Positions 46,534-60,280 of a DNA stretch of 64,000 nucleotides are shown in pieces (the stretch's first letter is position 1; the number at the start of each line of letters is the position of its first letter). Origin of the DNA: Convolutriloba macropyga (lineage: Eukaryota). The stretch covers positions 36,952,001 through 37,016,000 of the forward strand of contig NC_134480.1 in NCBI RefSeq assembly GCF_964194025.1. Direction: 5' to 3'. Made by a program: the position numbers and the translations under genes. The notes under the pieces were generated by a model. The model was not told where the DNA came from and did not search any database. It saw nothing but the letters and a program-made list of their open reading frames with translations.

Positions 46534-47989
46534 AACTAAAGGCGTAACACAGCATCAGATAGTGTATAAATTTATAAAATTTACCACGTCTTGTTCTATT
46601 TACCTTTTTAGTTTACTACATTTTTTAAAATTACGCAATATCTGTCTGATACTGTACTAAACCTTCACATAACATATAGACATTACTATCAAGTTTCGAA
46701 ATGTGTAGCAAGTTTTTCTCAAGACTCACATTCAGTGGACAGGACAATTAAAGTAAAAATTTCTGAATGGAGGGATTGGTTAACAATCAAAACGATAAAC
46801 AATCAAAACGATAAACGGTTAGCAATCAAAACGATAAACGATAAAACTTATAATAACGTTTTTGAGATATATAATTTAATTCAAAATAATACATATTTAT
46901 GAAATAGCAACATTAAAGCATGAATACAGATTGTTATCTGCAGCTTGTTGTAAAACTCTTCCTATTTTAAAATTACCTTTCATCTATTTTACGGTCAATT
47001 TGGCTCATTAAAAAGAATCATGCTGCCAAAAGTATTTAAAAATTGATCCAATTTTTTTTTGTTTCGAACTCAAGCATTGATGGAAGGAAATCTATGCTAG
47101 CTTTGCTTTTTTGTTAATGTCTCTTTGATCCCTACAAAATAATAGGCAGAACGAAACGAGCGATATAATAAGAAAAGCCTTGCAAATGAGAATCTATACA
47201 CAAGAGGCTATTCTGGGTTTCTGACTTCCTGAGAAGATATGAGAATCTGAAAAAAATCTAGATTTTTCCATTAAAGTAGGGAACACCAATAGGCAATTTG
47301 AGCTGCATTTGTTCGCCAGTAGGCGTAGTGATCTTGTTTGACTTAAACCTTTATAAATATACTTTTTCAAATCAACTTTTTTAAATTTCAAAAACAATTT
47401 TCTCACCGTCTGTATTTTTGAAATTTGATTGCCACGGAAAAGCGTGGCAAGTGCCTGGTAACCATTATTTGAGTTTGTCGTACACAAGACATATCTCTGC
47501 GTGCTTAATGACTAAATAGTTTCAAAACCAATAACAGAATTGTGAAATGAAAGAACAAATTTTTCTTATTATGATTTAACTTTATTCCATTTTTACCTTA
47601 AATAAATTTCTGAGAGATTATCCCTTAAGCAACAACACAATTAAGTTATAATTAAATAAATCCCAGTGGTCTCATAATTTCTCAAAATCAATTAGAGTGA
47701 TGAAAGAGGGCTCATTTTTTTAAACGCGTGCTCATCTTTGAACGATTTAAGGAAAATTAACTTGGTTAACATAACGGTGGTTATCAATACAACAGATCAA
47801 CAGTTTATGCATCACATTGCATCAGCGTTTTTCATTTTTCCACATGTAAAACTTTTTGTTTTTATTTTTCCCGCATAGGTTAGGTTAGAAAAAAATTGGT
47901 ATAAATCCACATTAATAAGGCTCGCGTTTTCTACAAGCGTTTTGGCGGCTCATCATAAAAGGACCAATCTGAACACTTCAAGTCAACTA

Positions 47990-48680
47990 GGGAGCTCGCA
48001 CTAATAAGTTTGCTCCTGATCACTGAGTAGCCGTGATTGACACGGATTATAAGAATTTATAGAAAACTACAGACAGCCCCTGCACAAGGAAAGAACAAAA
48101 GTCACTCAACACAGCCAAACGCTTGAGTGTTTTCTTGAAAATTGCCAATATTCCGCCGAAGATTTCGAATGCCAGGGGAACAAATGTGATTCCCATTGGG
48201 CAGTTATCACAGTGGAGGCAAAATTTTTGATCATCCGCCGCATCAAGCGCGTATCCTGCCTTTGTAGTCGCATTAGTGAGAGAGTTGGGTTGCAGCGACC
48301 AAGTAACAGTTACATCAATTGCAGCGGGTTTCCCCGATTTCCAATTCGGAACAAAGATGTCCCCAGGGCGTGTTTGGCTTCCAGGAATGAGGTTCGTTTT
48401 TTCCACTACTGCTGAGAAATTTGCAGATAATCAAGCAGGCGTTATTTTATCTCGAATCCGGACATGTCTAGCAATTGCGTCTCCTCTACCGTGACATGCA
48501 ATGACATATGGTTAACATCGATGTCAGTAATTGCTGCTTTACAGAAAGGGCACTTCCTTTCGGTGTCGTAGACAAGGACACCCAACCTGTGTTTTGCACT
48601 AATTCTAAACTCATTTAGTGCCATATGAAGCGCAAGAGCTGGAATGGGGGAGCAGACAACCGTGCTCCAACATGTCGAAC
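47990..48680 (-). mobile_element. Degenerate 3' fragment of a restriction-like-endonuclease (CRE-like) non-LTR retrotransposon
   Basis: EFRISAKHRLG..CPFC....D..NH knuckle remnant, then RPGDIFVPNWKSGKPAAIDVTV (PD..D motif) and FVPLAFEIFG; frameshifted. Confidence 0.8.
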
Positions 48681-50012
48681 ACGAAATCTTTTATAGTTTG
48701 TTGAAAAAGACAATAGAATCATTTTTCCGGGAAAAAATAAATTGAGCTACTTTTATAAATTAATCAAATTTTTTACTGGTCAGCGTTTTTTTCTTCTTGT
48801 CAAAAAGAAAGTTAGAACCACATCTGCGTAAGCACAAACACGCAAGACTCTTTGTTCTAACGTGAGCTGCTAATGTGTCTTGTGTCTACTTTTAGTTAAC
48901 CAAAGCTCCGAGGCTAATCTATTTTTGCTTCTATTTGCTGTGGGAAAGTTGTAATTGATTCGAAAGCTTAAGACTGAGCGTAGAGATACCTGGGAAAGGG
49001 GTGTTTTTATAAAATTAGCGATAGAAGTCAGCTTTCCAAAATGAACTTGAAAACTTACCAGAGTTTGAGATTTCATGTAACCGTATTCAAACTGGTTTTA
49101 GGTAGGCAACTCTTTCAATTTTGTAATCATTCGATTGACACCCCCCCAGAAAACGTTGTGCTACCAAGAAGCAAATTATGAACCATTCCGAGGAAGCGCT
49201 ATTATTTCGCTAAGAGAACACTAATCCGATGAGGCAATTGTCGAATTGAATCACTTTGAAATGTTCACCAGCATTGAAAGCAGCTTTTTTTCATCAAATG
49301 GAAACGTAAAAAAGTATAGATGTCAAAGATTTTTTATGATTTTGTAGTACTCGTAGGTGAGAAACTTAAGTAGACAGAGCACAAGGGGGAGGGGGTTGGG
49401 CACTAGGAAACTGTAATAAAAAATAACTAAGTGTTGAGAACATATGGTGGAAGATACTTCTTGAGTCACCTTATTCGATCACAAGTTTCAAAACCATTTT
49501 GGATACGTGCACCCATGACGGAATCTGGCGGGGAGGGGTGCGAGGTACGCAAAATACTCCAAATTTGATCGCGTTTTTTATTTACAAACCTTAAAGAGAA
49601 ACAAACAAATCGGATGATTTTGATGACTGATTAAACAAATTTTAATTTAAACACTTAATCAGTAGAGCGTTGTTATCAGGAGATTTATGAACGAATTTAA
49701 CCTGGAGAATCATTAGTGTTTAAATGATCCTTTACAAATTTATGAGAGCAACTTAATTTATTCACTAAAAATGCTCCTTAACTCCTTGCTAAGTGATCTT
49801 GAAATAAAAACTTTCAAAATAAGTGCATTCAGCGGGAGATTCAACAGCTTAGAGTACACTTTGTTTACTCTGTTGCAATTGTTCTCACTACATTTGATCG
49901 ATATATTGGAGAGATTTGGTATAATCAAATTAATTTTTCTCTTTTAAATTTTAAATTATGATGATTCTTTTGGTATAATAGTAGTTGATTCTAAACCTTA
50001 ATACGTCGAAAG

Positions 50013-50016
<4 letters not shown>

Positions 50017-50101
<85 letters not shown>
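50017..50101. repeat. (TA)n microsatellite
   Basis: ~42 TA units with one CA interruption. Confidence 0.98.
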
Positions 50102-50104
<3 letters not shown>

Positions 50105-52402
50105 ATCGAGTAGGCGTTCGCTAAAAAAGTTCTGACCCCGTTCATCCACATTTTTGACTGAATTGTCTACCTACCAAATGAGGAAGAGAAAGAGAAACCT
50201 TCAAAAATACACATGTTTTTCAGCAAACCATTAAATGAATGCCGCATTAGATGGCCGATGAAACCTGCCATTAATGAGAATACGAGACATGGCTAACTGA
50301 AAAGTCAAAAAATAACAAACAGTATTTAACCCTAAAAACTTTGATGTTTATATTTAAAAAAATAACCAAATCAAAATGGCATCGGATAAAACCTAAACGA
50401 AACAAACGAACCTGTGCTGCAATAATAAAATTTATGTGATTTGCCTTTAATGAGACTCCGCAACAAAAACAGCAGAAAATGCATAGTTCGAAAACAAATT
50501 TGTTTTTTTTTGAAAACCATTATTTTCTAGCTGATTAAAACCATTAGGTATCAACTGAAATCATTTAAAAGGTAATTTTTTCGTTTAAATATATAATTGA
50601 GAAGGGAATTACGGCTGGTTCATTTATAACTCTCAATGAAGCAACTGAGACCTGTAGTGATCCAGAATATGTCATACGACTACAAAAAAAACAAAAAAGA
50701 GGCAATTTTCTTTAAAAATCAAAAAAAATTAACAAGAAAACGGTGTTACAGCTATTAAAACTTTACCCTACTCACCAATGCCATTCAATAGGTTCAATTG
50801 AGTCTCTTTGTCAACGCCAAAGGGAACTCTGTTTAGTACGAAACAAAAATCAACCTCAAAAATTGGCGGATAGTATCAAAACATAGTATCAAAACCAAAC
50901 CATTAGTAAAAAAAAACACGTAAAATATTCAGCGCACTGGAAAGAACATGCGACTTGTCTATACAAATAGTAGCTACATATTGACAGAAGTAACATAAAA
51001 ACTAACAAAATTCAAAATTTCCTAGAATTTTTCAAAACCAATACTTTTGAAAATCAAAAACACTTTTCATTATATACTTTAATAATTAAAACGGATCATC
51101 TGCCAACACTCTAGGAAGTCAATTGTGCTGGTTTTTTTCAGAAACAATTTTTAATAAACTACAGTGTTAACATCATTAAAACTATGAGACAGTAAAAACA
51201 ATATAAACAAAATATATAACCACTGCAAAACTTATATGCTCAGCAAAATGTTGATAAGACCTGTCAAAATTGAGACTAAGTTAAATGGTTACAACATTAA
51301 AGGACAGAATCAAAAATATTGTATTTTTTGATGAAAAAATATCAAATTTGAAAGTCATTAGAACCATTAGCTTTAAACTGCAATTATTAATTTGATTCAT
51401 TTAAAGGTCTAAATAAAGGGATTGAGACCCATCATTATCTGGAGTATGTTGAACAATTACATAAATGACGACCAATACTCATCAAAGCCAAAAAAATCTA
51501 TTAAACTTGGAGAGAATGGTGTTGCAGCCGTCAAAACCAGAAAAAAATTTACCGAAGGCATTCAATATGTTCCAATGAAATTTCTTGATAAAACTGATTT
51601 CCCACAAAAAAAGCTAATCGTTCCATTTATTTGGGAAACATATAATTCGGCTAATAAGAAAATTAAAAATGTCAAAAATAAAATAACGCATTTTGGACTC
51701 ATATCTGTTGTTGACCACTTTAACCAAATTAAGCCAAAAGTTTGGATGACAAAAGACTTTAGGAGAGAGCAATTGACTAAAATTGACAAATATTTTAACC
51801 AATTTCGTCAAATTCTAAAAAATTGGTTAAATTAGTGAAAACGGGCAAAGTTTTAATTCAAAATTTATCTTATAGAAAGTATATCTAGTCCTTTTTTGAT
51901 CCCAAAATTTTTTTTCAGCAGTTTTGAGGCCTCTACTTTGTGCCAAAATGAAGAAAATGGGATTAAATAAGCAAATTTGGAGCCATTTTAATAAAAAAGT
52001 GTGCAATTCGAAAATTTGAGCAGAGATTTTAACGAAACACTCGGATGAAATGCTTCAGCGACCCTCCTTTATCTTTAAAGCTAAAACCAACAACGCTTTC
52101 GTCGACATTTTTAACCAATTTTAGCAAAATTGACAGGAATTTGGAATAAAATTTAAGAAAGTGTAAAAAAAACACGGAAATCAGTCTACTATTAACAAGT
52201 TTTTTAACCTCGTTAAATCCTTGGAAAAACGAAAATCAAAATAAAGTTTAAGTTTTTACTCTCCATGGGATGGGATTTTTAATGACACCACTCACAACTC
52301 TCTACGATGAATATATCGATCGGCCAAAACTGATTGATGAAAAGTCTCCATTTGAGAACATAACTCCTCGTCCCCTCCCCCTACAAAAGTGAGGTCGGAA
52401 CA
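50102..52402 (-). mobile_element. Non-autonomous Helentron/HINE-like repeat, family B copy 1
   Basis: Ends GTTCTGACCCC (~50129) and AAGTGAGGTCGGAACAA (~52387-52403) are inverted; collinear similarity with 57265-60280 (e.g. CCACTCACAA...GAATATATCGATCGGCCAAAA, TTGACAGAAGTAA, CCAG.ATATGTCATA). Confidence 0.6.
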
Positions 52403-55400
52403 ATTAGTAGGTAAAATTTAGAAGGAACTGATTAAATAGGTAGATCAGGCTGAAGTGACCGATCTCATTCAATAGCTGCATATAAAACGAAAAACACAGA
52501 AGATCTCAGTGAATTGGAAAGCCATATCAAGTTCCCATAAAATTACGGCGAATTCAACCATACTCATTATAAGTTTGGAGCACTGGATTAAAACTCACGT
52601 AAAAAACTGGATTTATGGCTCATTTGAAAAACAACTGAACAATTTAAAAGGCTGCTACTAATTTCCACAAGATAATAATAAGAAGTTACTACTAAAACGA
52701 CAGTATAATTCCCAGACAAAAGGTAATATGTCCATACCTAAACAAACGCAAAAAAGTTTGTCATGCGCTCAAATTTTTGCGGCTTGGAAATCAGGTTGAA
52801 TAGACCAAAAAAACCACTGGAAATTGGAAACCTTGAACATTTGAAAGTCTGGACATAGTTATTTTCAGAAGCCTGGACGTCTCAAGATGAATGCGCAAAA
52901 ATTATTGAGTCCATGACCAGACTATCGCTAGATAGTTTTTCTATCCTTTTTTCTTTGTATCATTTATCTGAATTGATTTAGTTTTCATCACCGGTTTCGG
53001 ATTTGTTCTATTTTTCTATACTATATGATGATCATTATTTTTCTTTACCATCTGAATTAAATTTTTAAAAAATCAAACTTATTTTTGAAAACTGTTTCCT
53101 TGCATTTAATCGTTTTGTTAGTTTTTTCTTTAAGAGTCTTTTCTGACTCCACAAAGAACGCCGTACCCTTGCTCTTGATGATAAAGGAAGATCGAGAGAT
53201 CGAGAAATCGCCAAATTATACTTGAAACAGCTGCAAGATTCAGATGCTAACGTGAAGTGAGATAATTTTCCGACATGCTTTTAGCTTGTTCTTAGTTAGA
53301 TTTAATTTTTGGAGGGCTGCTTGGGTAGGTTTGCACCGTAAGCATTGCGTTTGCCGGCTCCACGCTTTAAATGAAAAAAGAAGAGAGAAAAAACCAAAAT
53401 CATAGCTCAAAAAGTCAGTTTTTAACATGAACGGAGTCAATTTTTTTCCGACAGAATCGTAGCAATTTTATGTTTTATAATGACCTTTTTGCTTGTCTGC
53501 CATTTTGATTCGGCAAGGTGAAAATCTTGCATAGTTCTTTCAAGTAGAGTTCAATTCTTGCACGATAAATGTAAGAACTATATATTATCTTACAAGAACT
53601 CGTGCAATATTCTTGAAGGATTTCAAATTCTTTGATCGCTAATATAATGTTTCGAATTATTTAAACAACAAAATTTTGCTTTTGCCATCAAATCAAGCGT
53701 AGCAACACAAAGTAAATTAAACCTTTAACATCTTATGAATCTGAGACTAACCACTGTGCCAATTTTAAAAGAAGATAGGAAAAAGTCAATTGCTGCTGCA
53801 ACGAAACCTTCAAGACCACAAACAGCTCATTAAAATAGCTTGTTGAAACAATTAGTCAAAAGAGTTGATAACTATCAGAAAAATGACAATTTTGTAAGCA
53901 TTGTGACCAAATAAAAATAGATATTTTATATGCATTTCAAGTTACTTACTTCATGAATTTCGTTGTTCTTTGAGTTCCAACTGAACACAATTTGTTTTTA
54001 GTTATAATGTTCTGGTAGAAATAACGAAGAATTGTTGTATTTTCAAGAAACAATCAGAGTATGAATCCCTTGAACAATTCCCTGAACAGTCTTTGAAACC
54101 AGCTTCACAAAGTTTTAGAGCTTTCAAATTATTCACTTGGTTTCAGAAAAAAAAAATAAACCAATTGGTTAATTTTGACAGCGTGACACCAATTAGCAAT
54201 AATAGTATTATTTTGTTCTCTAAGATACGATAAAGAAACATGGGTGGTAGTTCAGAAGATCTATGTTTGAAAAAGCGGACAGAGTACTTAGACTGCAACT
54301 GTCACTTTTTTTTCTGAATTGGCAAGTAAGTTTCTTTAATAATTCGTCGGGTAAGAATTACACATCAGGAATAATGTATAATTTATGTTTCTCCAGTTCA
54401 AAAATTTAAAACAAAAATAAGGGGTACGTATTCTGCTAAACATAAAAATAATTTATGGATTAGCTAATGTTGCGAGTGGCACACATTTAAATTAGCAGAT
54501 GCTGTTTTAACATTCTTATAACTATGTTTTGAGATTTCAGTATTTCAAGATGATTTTTGTTCTATTTCAAAATGTTATTTGCTGTAGGAGGCGGTTGCTT
54601 GCTTTTAATGTGATCATTTGTTCTGTTCTGCAATTCTTCTTATCAGAACAATAGCCCCAGGAGAGAATTATCTAAATGAAAAACATTTCCTGAAATAATA
54701 TCACCTATTAACTTCGACACACTCATTTGAGTGGTTACCAATTCTGCTGGTGAAATGTCAGATTTCGGTAAAAGATTACTTGACATTTCATTTTTTTTCA
54801 TACAGCATACCTTGATTCTCCAATTTATCTGTTAGTTTATCCGTTGTACTGATGAACTGTTTAATGAGGATTTTAATAAATACTGAGAATTTGTGTTGAT
54901 TGTATGGCCACTGCCATTTTTGAGAGAACTTTAGTAAGTTGATTTTGAAAGTTCAAGTTCAAATTTGAATCAATTTCATTTCCTAAAAATCTACAATGTT
55001 CTTTCACTTTTATCTGTTCTCCGTTGGAATTTACTTTGCCAAAATCATTATTTATATGTCCCGAACACTTGTTTGGCGCGAAGAATACTTACGGAGACAA
55101 CTTTCTATTTTCTTTTTTACCGTGTTTTAGGGGCATCGTAAGTTCAGTGGTCAAAGTTTTTTTGTCGCATATATTATTTTGCGTTTTAAATGTTTAAAAA
55201 ATTAATCACCCAATCCCAACAAAATTGAGAAAAGGCTCATTTAAATGACTGCTGGTGACGTCAGAGATCTCGCTCAAAATCACTCATGATCAGACACAGC
55301 CACATAATAATCAGATAATACCTCTTGATCGCATGTCCTCGTTTTTAACTTGTTTAAAAGTGGCCATAATTATGACATTATCAGCAGTACCTTGTTCATG

Positions 55401-55876
55401 ATGAAACAATTCGCAGGAATACTTCGAATGCTGTCCTTGGTTGTGTAATAGGAGCAAACGGCACAACCCAACCCCCCCCCCCCCTCCTTCCCCTCTTTTG
55501 AACTGATAAAGGTCTGATCATGAGCGATCTAGTCAGCCTGGTCAAGATAACCAATATAACCTCAAGTCTGCCAGAATATTATATAAATTTGATTCCTTTT
55601 TATATACAGACTTTATGCAGGTAAACATAAATGATTTAACGACTATAACTCTAATGGTTGAAGAATAAATGAAATGATCATTTAGAATTCTGCAGTAACA
55701 AGAACGTAAAAAGCACACAGGAATGCAAAAGTCAACTTAGTATTGTGGAAAAGGTAGATCGGAAATTAAGTCCTCTCATTCGTCGGATGCGAACTGAACA
55801 TAGAATATGCATCGCTGCTGCTTCGAGCTGATTTGTTATTGGAATTGATTTCTGTGTTAATTTGTGAGCTTTGCTT

Positions 55877-55995
55877 CTAGTCGATATCAACTTTGAGGTA
55901 GTGCCACATTGTCACGGGTTGGCGGCGTTTCGATAACATTTCTCTCCAATGTTGCATTTCACGCTGACCCGCCCGTTTGCCCAATATTACAGTGC
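55877..55995 (-). CDS. SYT7: Synaptotagmin (Syt7-like) last coding exon (not in the ORF track)
   Basis: TTTAG|(G)TVILGKRAGQREMQHWREMLSKRRQPVTMWHYLKVDID*; HW..M....RQPV..WH.L synaptotagmin C-terminus; phase matches the upstream exon. Confidence 0.9.
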
Positions 55996-56513
55996 CTAAA
56001 CAGGTAACTTGACTAAATAGTTTGGTTATTCGACTAAGTAGAATTGGTTTTTAGACACAAAAACATAGAAATTTTATAAGAAGCAGTTTCATTTAACAAA
56101 TTAGTAACTCACAACTATTTATTATAAACCAAACCTTTCAATCAACCCTGAATTGGCGAGGCTGTGGTTGATTTAAACACCAATTATATTATACTGAGCC
56201 GACAGCAAACGGTTGCTTTACAAGATCTCGTAAAATTACAGCAAGATGGTGCCAGACGTTGCATCGTCTTGCATGTTCCTTTTCAAAAAACCTTGCAAGA
56301 TCATGCAACATAACTTTAATGTTTGCAAGAACCTTCCGAGATCCTACAAAGGCAGCCCTCCATTATTGCCTCTCGATGCCAAAGTGGTGCCAATAAGGTC
56401 ATCTTGCTTTCTGATTTTGACTGGTTTATAACTGATAATATGACTGGCTTATAATTCTCTTAATCATTATAACTGAATTCCTTTCCTAAGAAATGACAAG
56501 GAAGTGAACTGAC

Positions 56514-56708
56514 CTATCTTTTCGTTCCACTTGATGAGGTCCTTGTCCATGACAGTGATGACGATCTGTGTGTCGTCCAGTTTGTTAGTGGGAATTGTGA
56601 AAGAGAAGTTCTCGTCAAAGACAGGGTTGAGAGTTTGGTATTTGCAGCACGTCTTCATCTTCTGCATTCTCTTGTTCTGGTACATGTTGTACACCTTCAC
56701 GTAAGGGT
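56514..56708 (-). CDS. SYT7: Synaptotagmin (Syt7-like) C2B-domain exon
   Basis: GTAG|(D)PYVKVYNMYQNKRMQKMKT...LNPVFDENFSFTIPTNKLDDTQIVITVMDKDLIKWNEKI G|GTCAGT. Confidence 0.9.
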
Positions 56709-57264
56709 CTACACACACAAAAACAAAAATTAAACTGTGTCGCTATGCGTAGTATAACATAATTGAACACAGATGAAACGACGTTTAGATTTTATTTCCA
56801 ATAACAGTATGAACAAGAAGCGACTCAATGTGGTAATGTTTTTGCAGCCCGTCTAATCAAAAAGATTTTTTCTCTGAGTTCTCATTGTTAGAAATTCCAC
56901 ATGCTACCCCTTGTTGTAAATTTTTAAAGTTTTATCTTATCCTCTACGATAAAATAAATTAAAATAAGGATTATCGGCAATGCGCCTTGATCAAAGACAA
57001 AGATTTCCCGAACAAGTCGCATTGTGTCGAAGGTTCCAAATGAGTCAAAAGTCAGAAACCACAAAGAGCAAAAAAAGAGGAAAGAAAATTGAACTTACTG
57101 GTCTTGCTTCAACCACAAAACCTTTTGTTAGCTTTTTCTAAGTCATAGGTCCACCAGATATCTTTCCACAATTTGCCATAACTGAGAGTGACGCTCCTAT
57201 TGCAATATTTGAGCTAGTCACACGTCACATTAAAAACTGCTTTTTGAACGTAAATGTCGACAAG

Positions 57265-60200
57265 GAGGCTCGGTAATATGCGTTTGCACATAAAGTTGAC
57301 CCCTCTCATCTACATTTTCCGTTTAATTGTCAACAAAATGATGAAAAGATTTTAAAAAACAACATATCGTTCAACAAACTACTGAATGAATAAAACAATC
57401 TACCGTAGAGGACAGATGAGACCTGTCATTATTATGACTACCAGAAAAGATGGCGATAAAATCAAATAATTACAAATTTTAATTAAAACCAAAACTCGAT
57501 GTCCGTTTCGTTAAAACAGTTAATAACCAAATTAAAATAGCATCAAATAAAACTTATACTAAACCAAATTAACCTGTACTTCTTTAGTAAAATATGAGAT
57601 TTTTCCTCAATGCGACTTGGTATCAAGTCGACAAGAAATGAGCAGAGAGCAAAGTTTAATAAAACGTTGCTTTTCTCGAAAAGAAATAATGTTAAACTGA
57701 TTATAAACATTATGCATGAACTGAAATCATTGAGAGATTCAATTATTCCTCCATAGAGAGTGAAAGAGAACTTTTATTATCCAGGATATGTCATAAAACT
57801 ACAAAAAGAACGACAAAAACAGGCAAAATAAATAATTCAAAATATGCACAAAAACACTGTCTCGGCCAATTAAACATAAAACTGTTCGCTAAAGACATTA
57901 AAAATTTTTGATTGTGTTTTTTTTTCAAATGGGCAGAGGATCGCCCATTATTGTGAAAAGAAAACATATTTTATGAAAACTCATTGTACCAAGAACAAAA
58001 CCAATTTGAGGAAATCAAAAACCGTTATAAAGAGCAAACATTAGTTCAATAGATAATGGATGTGTTTTGTCTATAAAGACACCAAGCTACAAGTGAACAG
58101 AATTAAGATTGCCAAAGATCTGAAATCCACTTTTCTCCAAAAATAAATGTTTTCAAATTTCAAGGCCAACGCAAACTTTCGATTAAAAGAATAGACAGTA
58201 TTTTTTTCAACTTCCTCGAAAGTTTATTGGGCCTATTATTGGTGAGATTAAATCATAAGACCATAAATTAACATTAAATACAAGCCGAACCAAAAAAAAA
58301 TACAAACAACTTTACGAAATCACTGTTCAAGCCATTAAACTTATAAAATACTAACCGCGGGGATATTCAATCTTCTTTTGAGTCTATTTTGAATATCATA
58401 ACGTCTTTTTGTAAAACAACTATCTCAAAATGACAACAGAAAGAACCACAGAAATTGAAAAATTCTAAAAGTCACAAAATTGTTCTGAACAAAATTGTCT
58501 AACATCCTAAAGACATCAGTCAAAAGGTTTAACCAAAGGAAAAAATATTGTTTGGTTCAACAAAAAATAACAAGATCTCACAATAATGGCGGTAAAACAT
58601 TTAAAAAATACAAAATTGTAGAATAAGATGAAAAAGGAAAATCAGAACAAAAAGAGATAAGTTAAAGAATACAATTACCTTTCTTTTGAAAAAAAAAATA
58701 TTTTGAAAGTCAAAATAACTAGCTATATACTCATATCATTTACTAAATTCATTTATAAGCCTATATTTAGCCATTGAAATCTTTTATTACCTAATATTTG
58801 GCATACGACAATATAAGTTAACATCAATTACAGGGCAAAAATAAATAAAAACTATACCAAATTCTAAAAGAGAACGTTGTCGCAGCCCTTAAGACCGTAA
58901 ACTACGAAACAAAAAATTATTAAGTTACGAATTTTTCAATTTTCAACGCTTATGTCAGTTAGATTGTTAAGTAATGTGGCAATTAACAAAGAAACAAAAA
59001 AACAGCAAAAATGGGCAATTTTTCAAAAAAAAATCACAAACTTATGTATCAAAACTCGTAGTATCAAAACCAAGAAGCCAATTTTTTAAAAATAAATCTG
59101 ACACAAAGTTTGGTTGGTATATTAGCTGAACGAAAGTTTGACCTGTCTTTACCGAGAATAAGCTAAAACTTGACAGAAGTAAGATAAAAAATTAACAAGT
59201 TCAAACAATCACTGAAAGTTTCGTCAACTAAATATATTCAATGTCACAAGAAAAAATAGATGACAAACGAATGCCTTGTAGAGATTCAACTACAACTCTT
59301 ATAGAAGTCATTTGATTCATTTAAAGTTTACTAAAACTGTTCTTCAAAGCCATAAAAACCAATAGCTTGTCGGAAAGCATATTGTATCTTTATTTGGCGT
59401 CATTTTTACGCAAATGGGAGCTGTCATTATTGGAGCTGTGAACCAAAAAATTTGTCAGTAATCAAAGTTAAAGAAATAAAAGCAAAATAGTTTTGAAAAA
59501 AGGCAGCACCAAGTTAAAATATTAAAACACTCTGACTGTACGAATCCATGATGATATCAAACCTGTCCCCGATTTTGGCGTGCGTCCAAAAAAGCACCCT
59601 CGTGTTTCAAATTCTTGCAAATTAGAACAATTGTTAATTGAAATGTTTCAAAAATCACAATAAAACAATGACGAATTTTGCATAATTATCGAGAAAGATT
59701 TGCAAAGAAACGGCGAATGGTTATTTACAGAAAAATTTTATAAGGCGCCGGATTTCAACTAGCTTTTTTGGAGATTACTGAGATTGTATCAGCGGTTTAT
59801 AGGTCTCTATTTTTGGAACACTTAAACAAAGTGGACCAGAAAAGCATATTTTGATCAACTTTTGATGAAAAATGTCTGATTTTTGATTTTTTAAAAAAAA
59901 TTTTAGTCAGAAAAACTTCAATAAAACAAGTCAGCAACGCTCTCCTTTTTCTAACGGTAACAATAGCACTTTACCGTTAAAAATTTTAACTTATTTTAAA
60001 ATATATTAGCGAAGATGAGTCAAATTGTAGCAAAAATTACGGAAAATGTGAAAGAAAACTGTCGAATTTTCACGAAAATTCAAACCTCGATAACTCCCTG
60101 TAAAAAACAAAATCCAAAAAAAAGTCCGTTTATTCCACATTCTAGGATGTACGTGCTTTTAAATGATACCACTCACAAATCGTTACAATGAATATATCGA

Positions 60201-60280
60201 TCGGCCAAAATTGACTGAACCAAAAAAAACCCAGTTGAGTATATAGTTCCTCCCTCCCCACTTAAGTGGGGTCGGAACAA
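57265..60280 (-). mobile_element. Non-autonomous Helentron/HINE-like repeat, family B copy 2
   Basis: Terminal palindrome CCCCACTTAAGTGGGG + TCGGAACAA; diverged homology to 50102-52402 at both ends and internally. Confidence 0.6.

Noticed and set aside
49951-50151. YIYIYI ORF
   Set aside because: Translation of the (TA)n microsatellite.
51422-51835. 137-aa Lys/Asn-rich ORF
   Set aside because: TTG start, composition follows the A-rich repeat interior, no equivalent ORF listed in the second copy of the repeat.
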